Part shown: piece by piece, positions 9,326 through 19,288 of the stretch
Numbering within the stretch: the first letter of the stretch is position 1
Layout of the letters: every line of letters starts with the position of its first letter
From: Acholeplasmataceae bacterium
GTDB taxonomy: Bacteria > Bacillota_I > Bacilli_A > Acholeplasmatales > Acholeplasmataceae
Assembly: GCA_963667565.1 (NCBI GenBank)
Contig: OY763415.1
Span: 1,280,001 to 1,344,000, forward strand
Direction of reading: 5' to 3'
Length of the DNA: 64,000 nt
Notes under the pieces: model-generated
Seen by the model: only the letters and a program-made list of their open reading frames with translations
The model's database searches: none
What the model was told of the DNA's origin: nothing
Translations under genes and position numbers: made by a program

Positions 9326-11722
9326 ATGTCATTAACAATTAAAGATAAACAATTACTACTTGATGGTATTCCACAAACACTTATGTTTGCTGAATTTCAT
9401 TATTATAGAACAAAGCGCGATGAATGGGAAGATAGAATCAAACAAATCGTTGATGCAGGATTTCAAGGAATAGCATCTTATATCCCTTGGCTATTACATG
9501 AATATCATGAAAAAGATTTTGATTTTACCGGCAAATATCATGAAGCACATGATTTAATTGGCTTTATTGAATTGGTAGAATCTTACGGTCTTTATTTCAT
9601 TCCAAGACCAGGCCCATTCATAATGGCTGAAATGAAAAATGATGGTATCCCTTTTTGGGTATCACAAAAGTATCCCGATATTAAACCTGTCACTTGGCTC
9701 CACAAAGAAGGAACCACAGTGACTGTTGATTATATGAATGAACATTTCTTAGAAGCTGCTAAATCATATTATGAACAAGTTATTCCTATTTTAGTAGATC
9801 ATATGTATCCAAAGGGTAAAATTATTGCCTTACAATTAGATAATGAAGTAGGTATGCTTTCTTGGGTTAGCAATAATCCAGAATTAAATGATCCTGTCAT
9901 TAAGTCTTTTACTGATTTCATTAAATCTAGTTATCAAAACCCATTAGAACTTTATCCATTTTTAAACAGCTCATTTGATGAAATCAAACATAAAATCAGA
10001 GTTCCAGAAACATCTTATCTAAATCAACTCCATTTTGATTTAGGACATTTCTTTCGAACGAGACTTGCATCATATATTACATATTTAAAAAACATATCCA
10101 TAGATTTAGGTTTTAATCAAAATCTTTTTATCATTAATATTCACGGCTGTAGTGGAGGAAGATCAACGACTTATCCAATTGGTCTGTCTCAATTATATGA
10201 AGCTTATACCAATCAAAAAGATGTGATTTCAGGTAGCGATTTATATATCAATGATTTTGATGTCCCTACTTTTCAAGATTCTTATATGGCAAATATATTA
10301 ACGGATGCATTAAACGATAAGGATCAAGTGTTAACTTCTCTTGAATTTAGTGCTGGTACTGGTGATTACGGCGATAATTATTCTCAGCGTTATTCAACAT
10401 CAAGAATTGATTTAATGACGAGATCCTATGTTGCATTAGGTAATAGACTGCTTAATTTCTATACATTTGCTGGAGGTACAAACTATCGATTAAATGATCA
10501 TCTTGATGATGGTAATGATCGAATAGCAACCACTGGTGAACGTCATGGATTTGCTGCACCTATTGATCCCGAAGGAAACAAATCTTATGTTTTTGATAAA
10601 ACCAAAGAAGTTGTCACACTAATGAAATATCATCAGTTTCATTTGGCAAAACAAAAACCAGTCTTTGATGATATCACTTATGGTTTTATTCCTGATTATT
10701 TTATGACTGAGTTTCATTATCCTGATGTTTCACCAACCATTCATCAAAATATATCAAAATATAGAGGTGGCATGTTTTGGGATGTAATTTCAAAATCATT
10801 ATTACTTCTAAACTATCATTTTGATGCTACTGATTTGCAACGATTTAACCCTGATCCAAATAAACTTCTATTGCTCCCCTCTGCGACATATATGGAAGCC
10901 TTTATTCAACAAAAGATTGTAGACTTTTTGAAACAAGATGGTCGCCTTCTTCTTTATGGAGAACTTCCAAGATTTGATTTAAAAGGTAACGATTGCTCAA
11001 TTTTATCTGATTATTTAGAACTAGAATTTATACAAAACGAAATTCATAAACCACATCCATATCGTTCTTCAATTATTTCCAAACATATATTAGAAGGCAA
11101 GAAAGAATTACATAGACCTTTTTGGCAAACATGGAAGACCAGTGATCCAAAAAATGTATTATTATCAGTTTATGGTATTAATGAAGATTGTGGATTCATC
11201 TTTGATAAACCTCACAAGAAAGCCATTATCATAACAAGTGAATTTCATAGCGATTTAGAAGCATTTGAAAAATTCATGCGTTTCTTCAACGTTAATAAAC
11301 ATATACATACTTCAACAATCACATATCATGGTGTATTTATTTTTCAAAGTCAAAACGAAGCATTAGAATCTTATATGCATATCATCAATTTAGATGATTT
11401 TAATAAAACATTTGAAGTTTTGCTTCATGGTAAACCACGACTTATTGAACTTGAATCTAGACAAGCACTTATGCTACCTATGAATCTTAAATTAAATAAT
11501 GACATTAAAATCTTATATACAACCAATGAAATAGATGCTTTTGATGACAACCATTTAAGTATCAAACTTGCAGGGAAATCTTTTAATCTCCAACTAGAGA
11601 CTAAAAAATTAGTTACTTGTGATGACCCATTCGTTAAGATTAAGGTCAAAGATTCAATTGTTGATATTGCAAGAACAAATCGATTGTTTGATGAATCTCA
11701 TATAACAATAAAAATAAAGTAG
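9326..11722 (+). CDS. GH35 family enzyme (GlmA-like / beta-1,2-glucosyltransferase-like clade), paralog 1
   Basis: EFHYYR, SYIPW, RPGPFIMAE, QLDNEVG (acid/base), SLEF (nucleophile); GAGG RBS before the ATG at 9326; no signal peptide. Confidence 0.8.
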   Translation: MSLTIKDKQLLLDGIPQTLMFAEFHYYRTKRDEWEDRIKQIVDAGFQGIASYIPWLLHEYHEKDFDFTGKYHEAHDLIGFIELVESYGLYFIPRPGPFIMAEMKNDGIPFWVSQKYPDIKPVTWLHKEGTTVTVDYMNEHFLEAAKSYYEQVIPILVDHMYPKGKIIALQLDNEVGMLSWVSNNPELNDPVIKSFTDFIKSSYQNPLELYPFLNSSFDEIKHKIRVPETSYLNQLHFDLGHFFRTRLASYITYLKNISIDLGFNQNLFIINIHGCSGGRSTTYPIGLSQLYEAYTNQKDVISGSDLYINDFDVPTFQDSYMANILTDALNDKDQVLTSLEFSAGTGDYGDNYSQRYSTSRIDLMTRSYVALGNRLLNFYTFAGGTNYRLNDHLDDGNDRIATTGERHGFAAPIDPEGNKSYVFDKTKEVVTLMKYHQFHLAKQKPVFDDITYGFIPDYFMTEFHYPDVSPTIHQNISKYRGGMFWDVISKSLLLLNYHFDATDLQRFNPDPNKLLLLPSATYMEAFIQQKIVDFLKQDGRLLLYGELPRFDLKGNDCSILSDYLELEFIQNEIHKPHPYRSSIISKHILEGKKELHRPFWQTWKTSDPKNVLLSVYGINEDCGFIFDKPHKKAIIITSEFHSDLEAFEKFMRFFNVNKHIHTSTITYHGVFIFQSQNEALESYMHIINLDDFNKTFEVLLHGKPRLIELESRQALMLPMNLKLNNDIKILYTTNEIDAFDDNHLSIKLAGKSFNLQLETKKLVTCDDPFVKIKVKDSIVDIARTNRLFDESHITIKIK

Positions 11723-11746
11723 CTTTTAATTAAAGCTACTTTTTTT
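11720..11746. terminator. bidirectional terminator between convergent genes
   Basis: TAGCTTT-TAATT-AAAGCTA between the stops at 11722 and 11736, with A and T tracts on the flanks. Confidence 0.55.
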
Positions 11747-12851
11747 CTATAATTAGACCTTGTTCTATATCTTTTGCAAGTGATAAAAATCTTTCATGAG
11801 CATATGTAAAAAAATGCTGGTTCGCTTTACAAAATACATCTTTGTGACTTAAATCTCTTCTTCTTTTACAACCTGTTCTACAAAGTGAGAACCATGGACA
11901 AGTATAACAATCTTCATGTTTATCCATTGATTCATAAATAAATTTTTTTGAAACATCATTAAACATAAGTGCATGAAATCCTTCATCAATCATCCCTAAT
12001 TTATGTTTCTCATCCACATAAAAGTCACAAGGATAAACACTACCATCAGATTCAATGACGTTTTGTATTGAACACATCCCTTTCATTTCACAACTATCAG
12101 GTTCATATCCTAAATACATTAAAAGAATTTGGTCGAAGTACTTAATTGAGACCAATTCATGATTTCTAATATCATCATACCAAAGATCAAATAGTGTTTT
12201 GATCATTTTCTCATATTTTTCTTCACTTAAATGTGGTGAAGTATACATCAAATTGATTTCAGACAATTCGGGTAGAAATTGTAGATGTGTCATCTTTTCA
12301 TCTTTATAAAATGCATAAACTTTTTCAATGTTATCTGCCAATTCATGATTTACCACAGTCAAAATATTGACATCAATATCATAAGCTATAAGTTTGTGAT
12401 ATTGCTCTAACACCTGATCAAAACTACTTTGATGATTCTTAAAATATCGATATGTATCATGGTGTTCTTTATATCCATCTAATGATAGACCTACAAGAAA
12501 TTGATGTTTATTTAAAAATAATAACCATGCTTCATTTAATAGCGTACCATTGGTTTGAATATTATAATGAATGATTTGTGACTGATTTTTGTGCAGTTCA
12601 ACATAATCAATAAAAGATTTAAAAAACGGTAAACCAATTAATGTTGGTTCACCGCCTTGAAATGAAAAATGAATATGTCCCATTGGCACTAAAAGCAGTG
12701 ATTGATCAATAATCTTAATCATGGTTTCTTGTGTCATAAAACCATAATCTTTAATCTCTCTATGATTTGCAATATCCTCATAAAAACAATATGAGCAAGC
12801 CATATTACATTTACTGCTTGAAGGTTTAATTAAGACAGATAATTGTTGCAT
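11736..12851 (-). CDS. anaerobic sulfatase maturase (radical SAM/SPASM, anSME)
   Basis: IKPSSSKCNMACSYCFY (CxxxCxxC), FQGGEPTL, QTNGTL, VGLSLDG, SPASM cysteines (CEMKGMC, VYPCDFY, CxxCxxxxxCxxGC). Confidence 0.92.
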   Translation of the reverse strand: MQQLSVLIKPSSSKCNMACSYCFYEDIANHREIKDYGFMTQETMIKIIDQSLLLVPMGHIHFSFQGGEPTLIGLPFFKSFIDYVELHKNQSQIIHYNIQTNGTLLNEAWLLFLNKHQFLVGLSLDGYKEHHDTYRYFKNHQSSFDQVLEQYHKLIAYDIDVNILTVVNHELADNIEKVYAFYKDEKMTHLQFLPELSEINLMYTSPHLSEEKYEKMIKTLFDLWYDDIRNHELVSIKYFDQILLMYLGYEPDSCEMKGMCSIQNVIESDGSVYPCDFYVDEKHKLGMIDEGFHALMFNDVSKKFIYESMDKHEDCYTCPWFSLCRTGCKRRRDLSHKDVFCKANQHFFTYAHERFLSLAKDIEQGLIIEKK

Positions 12852-12859
12852 GTTAACTC

Positions 12860-13812
12860 CTATGTATTTCTGATGATGAGTTTAACTGGGACTTTCTTTT
12901 GATTATCAACATTCATACCACCAAGAACTTCTAACATATCTTTAGCAACTTGAATCCCCCATGCTTGATGATCAATACCAATCGTAGACAATCCACCACT
13001 AATATATTGTGAAACATCAACATCATCAAAACCAATAATATTTAAATCTTGTGGCACTTTAATACCTTTAACTTGAAGTGCTTTAATCATACCGATTGCC
13101 ATTTCATCATTGGCACAAAAAACAGCATCAAAAGGCATCACATCACCTAGCATCTCAACAATTTGTTTTCCACTTTGCTCTGTAAAATCACCAAAGTAAA
13201 CCATTGGCGTTAATCCTTGTTCTTTAATGACATCTGTATATCCGCGATATCTTTCTTTATCATCATAGCTTCCAATAACACCTGATAGATAAGCAATTTT
13301 CTTTCTACCTTTTCCAACTAAATAGTTAGTTGCTATTTTAGCGCCTTCATAAGAATCAATAACGTGTGAGTAAGTAAGTTCTCCACCTGGATTAAAACGA
13401 TCTAATAAAATCGTAGGCATGTGAAGACTTTGTGCAATATGAATGGTCTTTTCTTCTACATTTGGACACATGATAATAGCTGCATCAATTTGACGTTCTG
13501 TTATCATTTTTTGGCATTTTTAGAAAACGAAACGATTAAATTATATTCGCTTCCTTCTAGTCCAGTAGCAATCCCATCATATATCTTATGATATACAGGT
13601 CCGCTAAACCCTGAAACGAAAAATCCAATGTTCATCGTATTTTTATTTTTTAGGTTTCTAGCAGCCGCATTAGGATAGTATTTTAATTTTTTAGCAATTG
13701 CCCATATTTTATCTTTTGTTGCTTGTGGAATATTACTTGCATCATTTAAAGCATAAGATACAGTTGAAATACTATAACCAGATGCTTTTGCAACGTCTTT
13801 AATTGTGACCAC
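12860..13812 (-). pseudogene. LacI family regulator split by a frameshift (HTH part 13504-13812, ligand-binding part 12860-13507)
   Basis: N-part has TIKDVAKASGYSISTVSYALN; C-part has GDF, FCANDEMAIG, VPQD..IIGFDD. The junction GCC AAA AAA TGA TAA becomes continuous (AAA AAA ATG ATA) with one more A. Confidence 0.8.
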
Positions 13813-13850
13813 ATCATCAACCCCTTTGACTATCTATAATGATAACCTAG

Positions 13851-16800
13851 TTACCCAAAATATTCAAGTATGTTTTCATACGCATCATTGAAGATAGATT
13901 TACGCAATGAAATGTACCCATCTCGATAAAGATTTTTTCCTAATTCGAACTCAACTTCTTTACCATTTAAAACCATGTGTTTTTGTTTTTGATTGAGATG
14001 ATAAACAATCTTTAGTGGTTTACCTTCATAAATGAGTTCAAAAGTCATTCCATCTAACTCATTGGGTAATTGTGGGTCAAGTAACATATGATCTTTATCA
14101 AATGATAAACCTAACATTTTTGCAACAACCTGGTGAACATAAATTCCAGGCCCACTTGAATAAACGCGCCAACCACCTTTAACTTCAATTTCACCCGTAA
14201 AGAGTTTATTAAAATCCTTCATTGCTTCATAGCGATTTAAGAATGCACCATCACTACTGGAAAAATAAGCATTTGCTTGTCTATATGATGCGTTTTTAAC
14301 AACGTCTTTAATCAAGATAGGATTAATTTTTAAAAGTCCATTCCATACCTCATCACCTAAACCATATTTAGCCATTGCTTCTACAAATCTTATATGTGCA
14401 TGGACATATTGAAGTCCAATTTCTCTACCAAAATTTGCAGATGTTTCAGCACGTTTGAAGTATGTATTGTCACCACCGTGATAATCTACTGTTCTATCCA
14501 TAAGTCTTACACCATCTGGATGATATAAGTTTTCTTTGATGACTTGATATAAATGATCTGCTTGATTTTTATCAAACATTTCAGAAATCAATCCACGATT
14601 CATGGGTAGTAATCGATATTTCATGTGTGTGACATCATCACTTGGATGGATAATATAACGAATATCCTCTTCACCAAAATGTAGAAATCCTGCAGGAACT
14701 TCATCTTTGATGACATATGTTTGATAATCAGATTGTATCAATGTAGCTTCTTCTTTTAAAAGTTTTGCAAATGTTAAATCTTTACTTTGAATCATACTTT
14801 CTAATAATTTGAAAGTCTCGAAAGTTAACGCTGTTGTCCAACCACTCACCATGCTTTTTCTAAGTGCTGGATTGGCTGGTTGCAACGTATCATCCCAATC
14901 ACCATCACCATAGCTTGATAAATGTGTATTAGGTATATAATGATTGATGATATGTGATACGGCTTTTTTGACATGATCAAGTAATGATACTTTTTCATCT
15001 GTATACTCACTACTGTCTAATAATGTATAACTTACTTTTTCATCTAAGATATCCATATCACCTGTTGCATGCAAATAAAGTGCTAAGCTTCTTAGTGGCC
15101 AAACAATAATATCTCCATGGCTTTCTTTAGCTTGAATGTGGAAATATTTATCAAACATAAACCACTGTGGCCAGTCACCATTTTCTATAAATTGGTGTTT
15201 ATAAACATCAATTAAAATCTTTTTGGCTTCATCATACTTGCCTAATGATAAGAAATATTCAAATGGTCCTTGGCATACATCTCTTGTCCCCCATGCTGCA
15301 CCACCAAATTGTTCAAGTCCATGTGGAGATTGATAATGTATAAGTGCATCATGTGTATACCAATACATAATCGTATTAAATTTATCAACTTCTTGAGCTT
15401 TTTTATGATTTTGATCAATTGATAAGTTAAACCCATTAACGTTGTCACTATAAAATGAAATAAATTTTTGTTTTTCTTGCTCAAAATTCATATGGTTGAG
15501 TACATGTTTTTCATCAAGCGATGAGAACATGTTAATTTCAACTTGACTATCTTCAATTTCAATGATGAAAAGAGAATCTTCCACCATGTCTTCTAATGGT
15601 TTTTCTATTTCACGACCTAAAACATTAATTTCAAATTTAATGTTTGGATATGTATGCTTCATCATGACATGATCTACTGGATGAAAGATGTAACCTAAAT
15701 TTGTTTTATTAACGATAAAATCGTGATCCAATTCTTCATTACCCATAGTGATTTGTTGTGTGATAAGCATTTGATACGTATATCCTAGTTGACTCTTTAT
15801 CACTAAATTTAATTGATTTCCACTAAATTCAGTAAAAGAAACGATTTCTAGTAAATCATCGTTAATTTTATAAATCCATTTAGCATAGTTAAATCCCATT
15901 TCATAAACTGCAGGCATGCCAAGTAATTGATATTGACCATCAATTTTTACAAATATTCTTTGTCCATTTGTTCTTTGCATGTTAAGCATGTTTCTCGTGT
16001 TTGATATAAATTTATTAAATGACGTGTTACCTAAAACAACTTGCGAGTTAAAAACACCAGCCATAAAACTTGTGCTTGCGAGTTTTTCTTCTTTAATATC
16101 ATGACTATCACCATTTAAAATAATATGTCCATGCATTCTTTCAACAACACGTTCTTTTGATTGAAGAACTACATGCTCATGGTTTTGACCAAAAAAAGAT
16201 AAAAGCTCTTTTTCATGATATTCTTCAAATCGTCTATGTTGATATAACTGATCAATCTCTTTTTTTAATAATGGTTCACTTGTGAATAAGATATTCGTAT
16301 CACATAACACTTCCACTTTATCAAGGGTTATATCATTTTTCATATCATGATCAAGACTTGCATAAGTTTCTTTTACTTCATCAAAAAATTCCAGTGCTTT
16401 AATTGATCCTAAATGTTTAGGGTTAAAGTAACCATAGAAAGTCACCTTTTGATTTTCCAAAATCATTTCTGATTGAAGCGATGCACATGCAAATTCATAT
16501 TGATAAATCTCATTAGGCAACTTTTCTTTTAACATTTGAACTGGTGTATCATTAAATTTATAGTCAAGTCCAAAAAATTGATAACCATCTGTTGCATATC
16601 CGATAGTATTGGTTAAAGATCCAATTTGAAGATATTCATCATCTCCTTGGTTTTGTTTAGAACAAATACTATATCCTTGTGCATGCTTAAACACTTTATG
16701 GTCAATATATTGAGAATTGTAAGCTTCATTATTTCTAATGCCACCACCATGTTTTATCCCAATATCTTGAACATAAAAAACTTCAATTTCTTTTTGATTT

Positions 16801-17129
16801 TGATCAAATGTGACATCTATAAACCACATATGATCAAGCACTGTTATCTTAACTTCATATGTAACGCCTTCAAAATCACCTTGATAGATAAGATGATTCT
16901 CATCATATGAAGTCGTAGAATTGCCTATGACTTTCATCCATTGATAGATACCATCTTTTTTCGTTCTTAAATATATATTTGAAAACATGATATCTTGATC
17001 TGTAACTCTTAATTGATTAATCATTTTTTGATCATAAGTGATTTGATGTATTTTACCTGTTTTTAGTAAATGAAATTTAAGTTTACCTAAACCTACAGGT
17101 ATCGTTTCGACTTTAGGATTGATATTCAT
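13851..17129 (-). CDS. GH94 1,2-beta-oligoglucan phosphorylase (SOGP-type)
   Basis: 1092 aa; PHGLEQFGGAAWGTRDVCQGP, GDWPQWFMFD, SHGDIIVWP, YGDGDWDDTLQP, REIGLQYVHAH, GGWRVYSSGPG, which I recognise as Listeria/Lachnoclostridium SOGP-type motifs; GH3 and GH144 neighbours. Confidence 0.88.
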   Translation of the reverse strand: MNINPKVETIPVGLGKLKFHLLKTGKIHQITYDQKMINQLRVTDQDIMFSNIYLRTKKDGIYQWMKVIGNSTTSYDENHLIYQGDFEGVTYEVKITVLDHMWFIDVTFDQNQKEIEVFYVQDIGIKHGGGIRNNEAYNSQYIDHKVFKHAQGYSICSKQNQGDDEYLQIGSLTNTIGYATDGYQFFGLDYKFNDTPVQMLKEKLPNEIYQYEFACASLQSEMILENQKVTFYGYFNPKHLGSIKALEFFDEVKETYASLDHDMKNDITLDKVEVLCDTNILFTSEPLLKKEIDQLYQHRRFEEYHEKELLSFFGQNHEHVVLQSKERVVERMHGHIILNGDSHDIKEEKLASTSFMAGVFNSQVVLGNTSFNKFISNTRNMLNMQRTNGQRIFVKIDGQYQLLGMPAVYEMGFNYAKWIYKINDDLLEIVSFTEFSGNQLNLVIKSQLGYTYQMLITQQITMGNEELDHDFIVNKTNLGYIFHPVDHVMMKHTYPNIKFEINVLGREIEKPLEDMVEDSLFIIEIEDSQVEINMFSSLDEKHVLNHMNFEQEKQKFISFYSDNVNGFNLSIDQNHKKAQEVDKFNTIMYWYTHDALIHYQSPHGLEQFGGAAWGTRDVCQGPFEYFLSLGKYDEAKKILIDVYKHQFIENGDWPQWFMFDKYFHIQAKESHGDIIVWPLRSLALYLHATGDMDILDEKVSYTLLDSSEYTDEKVSLLDHVKKAVSHIINHYIPNTHLSSYGDGDWDDTLQPANPALRKSMVSGWTTALTFETFKLLESMIQSKDLTFAKLLKEEATLIQSDYQTYVIKDEVPAGFLHFGEEDIRYIIHPSDDVTHMKYRLLPMNRGLISEMFDKNQADHLYQVIKENLYHPDGVRLMDRTVDYHGGDNTYFKRAETSANFGREIGLQYVHAHIRFVEAMAKYGLGDEVWNGLLKINPILIKDVVKNASYRQANAYFSSSDGAFLNRYEAMKDFNKLFTGEIEVKGGWRVYSSGPGIYVHQVVAKMLGLSFDKDHMLLDPQLPNELDGMTFELIYEGKPLKIVYHLNQKQKHMVLNGKEVEFELGKNLYRDGYISLRKSIFNDAYENILEYFG

Positions 17130-19273
17130 TATTTCACCTCTGACTTCAGTTTTATCTGCTGTTCTTCTATGATTTCTTCTGCATTGCTTGCGAGTTTAAA
17201 CTTATAAGTTCTATGTTCATGCGTAAAAACCATATCTTTGTTATAATATCTGAGCTCATCTTCATGGATTGCAAAAGATATGTGTTTTATTTCATGAGCA
17301 TCAAGTCCAACTTTTTCAAAATATTTAAGTTCATTGACTGGGCGAGTGACTGAAAAACTCATCGCTTCAATATACACTTGAATAATTTCAAATCCAAAAA
17401 CATCTGATGTATTTGTTAAATCAAATGACACATGAATTTGATTTTGATCATATGTAAACTTGACATTTTTATACTCAAATTGAGCATAACTTAATCCAAA
17501 CCCAAATGGATATAAAGGCTCATTTGTACAATCTAAATATCTAGATGCATAATGATTGTTTGGGTTATGAATTAAATCAAGTGGTCTACCTGTTTTCATA
17601 TGATTATAATAAATAGGAATTTGTCCTATGGCTTTAGGAAATGTCATCGCAAGTCTTGCTGAAGGATTATATGTTCCTAAAAGGATAGCACTTAGTGCAT
17701 CACCTGTTTCTGTTCCTAAAAACCATGCATATAAAATTGAATCTAAATAGGGTTCAATTTCTGTTAATACAAGTGGTCTACCTGCAAAAACAACACCGAC
17801 AACTTTCTTGCCTATAGCATTCAGTTGTTTAGCAAGTTCTACTTGTGATTTTTCAACATTAATATTGGTTTTACTATGTGCCTCACCAGATTCCCACTGA
17901 TGTTCACCTAATGTTAATATCACTACATCAACGTCTTTAGCTTCAAATAGGATATCATCAATCATTTCTTTTTCGATATCTTTTAAAGGCGTTTCGTAAA
18001 CCTTTACTTGATCAAATGTTTTTTCTAATCCTTGATCAAATGTTATACAATCTTCATTTCTAACTTTGCCTCCCCAAGGGCCTACTAAATGATCGGTTTT
18101 CGCAAACGGTCCAGTAAGGAGTATATGATGATGTTTATTAAGTGGTAAAACATCATTGTTTTTCAACATTACAATAGATGCTTTTGCCATTTCTAAACTT
18201 TGTTTTCTACTTTCTTCTAATAAACAGTAGTTTTCAAAATCGGTAAAAATGTTTTTAAATGGTTCATTAAATAATCCAAGTTCATATTTAAGCGTAAGTA
18301 CTCTTTCGCAAGCTTCATCAATGAAATCTTTAATCACTTGATTTTCGCTTGATAAAGACTTTAACTCATCTAAATATGTTGTTGAGATAAGTTCAATGTC
18401 TAAACCTGCTTCTAAACACATCTTAGCAACTTCTTTTTTTGTGTCAGCAACTTTATGGTTCATAATTTCTTCTGAAGAAGTGTAATCTGAAATCGTAACA
18501 CCCCTAAACTTTAATTCATCTCTTAATACATCCCTAAGTAAATATTGATTTGCTGTTATCGGAATATCATCATAAACATTAAATGCAGTCATCACCATTT
18601 TAGCTCCAGCTTTAATACCTGCTTCAAATGGTTTTAAATAAACTTGTTTTAGCATGCGTTTTGAAATGTCGACATGATTATATTCACGACCAGCTTCGCT
18701 TGCACCATATCCAACAAAATGTTTAAGACAAGCGCCTACATGATTTTCGTCAATTGACCCCTCACCTTGCCAACCTTTAATGTAGGCGTCTGCCATTTTT
18801 TCTGCTAAGTATGGATCTTCACCTGGACTTTCAACGACTCGACCCCATCTTGGATCTCTAACGATATCAAGCATTGGTGCAAGTGTGACATGTGTTCCGC
18901 TATGACTTGTTTCATATGCAATGACATCAAAACTTTCTTTGACCAATTTAGGATCAAAGCTTCCCGCTAATGCAAGATTCACAGGAAATCCTGTACGACA
19001 TCCATGAATGATATCATTATCTAAAAGTAATGGAATACCGAGTCTTGATTGATTAACTGCAAGTTTTTGCAATTTAAGTGTAACTTCATTATCATATGGA
19101 CCAATCAGTGAACCTACTTTACCTTCTTTGATTAATTTAGACAAATCATTTTGCTCAAAAGCAGGACCATAGTCAAATTCACCCATGATCGCTGTCTGAT
19201 AGAGTTGCCCAATTTTTTCTTCTATTGTCATTTTGTTTAAGAGTTCATGGACGAACTTTTGCTTTTGATCCAT
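17129..19273 (-). CDS. GH3 beta-glucosidase (BglX-like), cytoplasmic
   Basis: MTIEEKIGQL, SRLGIPLL, RDPRWGR, GEDPYL, CLKHFVGYG, ISDY (nucleophile), SGE, PLYPFGFGLSY. Confidence 0.92.
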   Translation of the reverse strand: MDQKQKFVHELLNKMTIEEKIGQLYQTAIMGEFDYGPAFEQNDLSKLIKEGKVGSLIGPYDNEVTLKLQKLAVNQSRLGIPLLLDNDIIHGCRTGFPVNLALAGSFDPKLVKESFDVIAYETSHSGTHVTLAPMLDIVRDPRWGRVVESPGEDPYLAEKMADAYIKGWQGEGSIDENHVGACLKHFVGYGASEAGREYNHVDISKRMLKQVYLKPFEAGIKAGAKMVMTAFNVYDDIPITANQYLLRDVLRDELKFRGVTISDYTSSEEIMNHKVADTKKEVAKMCLEAGLDIELISTTYLDELKSLSSENQVIKDFIDEACERVLTLKYELGLFNEPFKNIFTDFENYCLLEESRKQSLEMAKASIVMLKNNDVLPLNKHHHILLTGPFAKTDHLVGPWGGKVRNEDCITFDQGLEKTFDQVKVYETPLKDIEKEMIDDILFEAKDVDVVILTLGEHQWESGEAHSKTNINVEKSQVELAKQLNAIGKKVVGVVFAGRPLVLTEIEPYLDSILYAWFLGTETGDALSAILLGTYNPSARLAMTFPKAIGQIPIYYNHMKTGRPLDLIHNPNNHYASRYLDCTNEPLYPFGFGLSYAQFEYKNVKFTYDQNQIHVSFDLTNTSDVFGFEIIQVYIEAMSFSVTRPVNELKYFEKVGLDAHEIKHISFAIHEDELRYYNKDMVFTHEHRTYKFKLASNAEEIIEEQQIKLKSEVK

Positions 19274-19288
19274 ATTAAATACCTCTAA

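Noticed and set aside
13851..17129. Generic cellobiose phosphorylase or cyclic glucan synthase call
   Set aside because: Length, motifs and GH144/GH3 context fit the SOGP subgroup; there are no TM segments or synthase domain.
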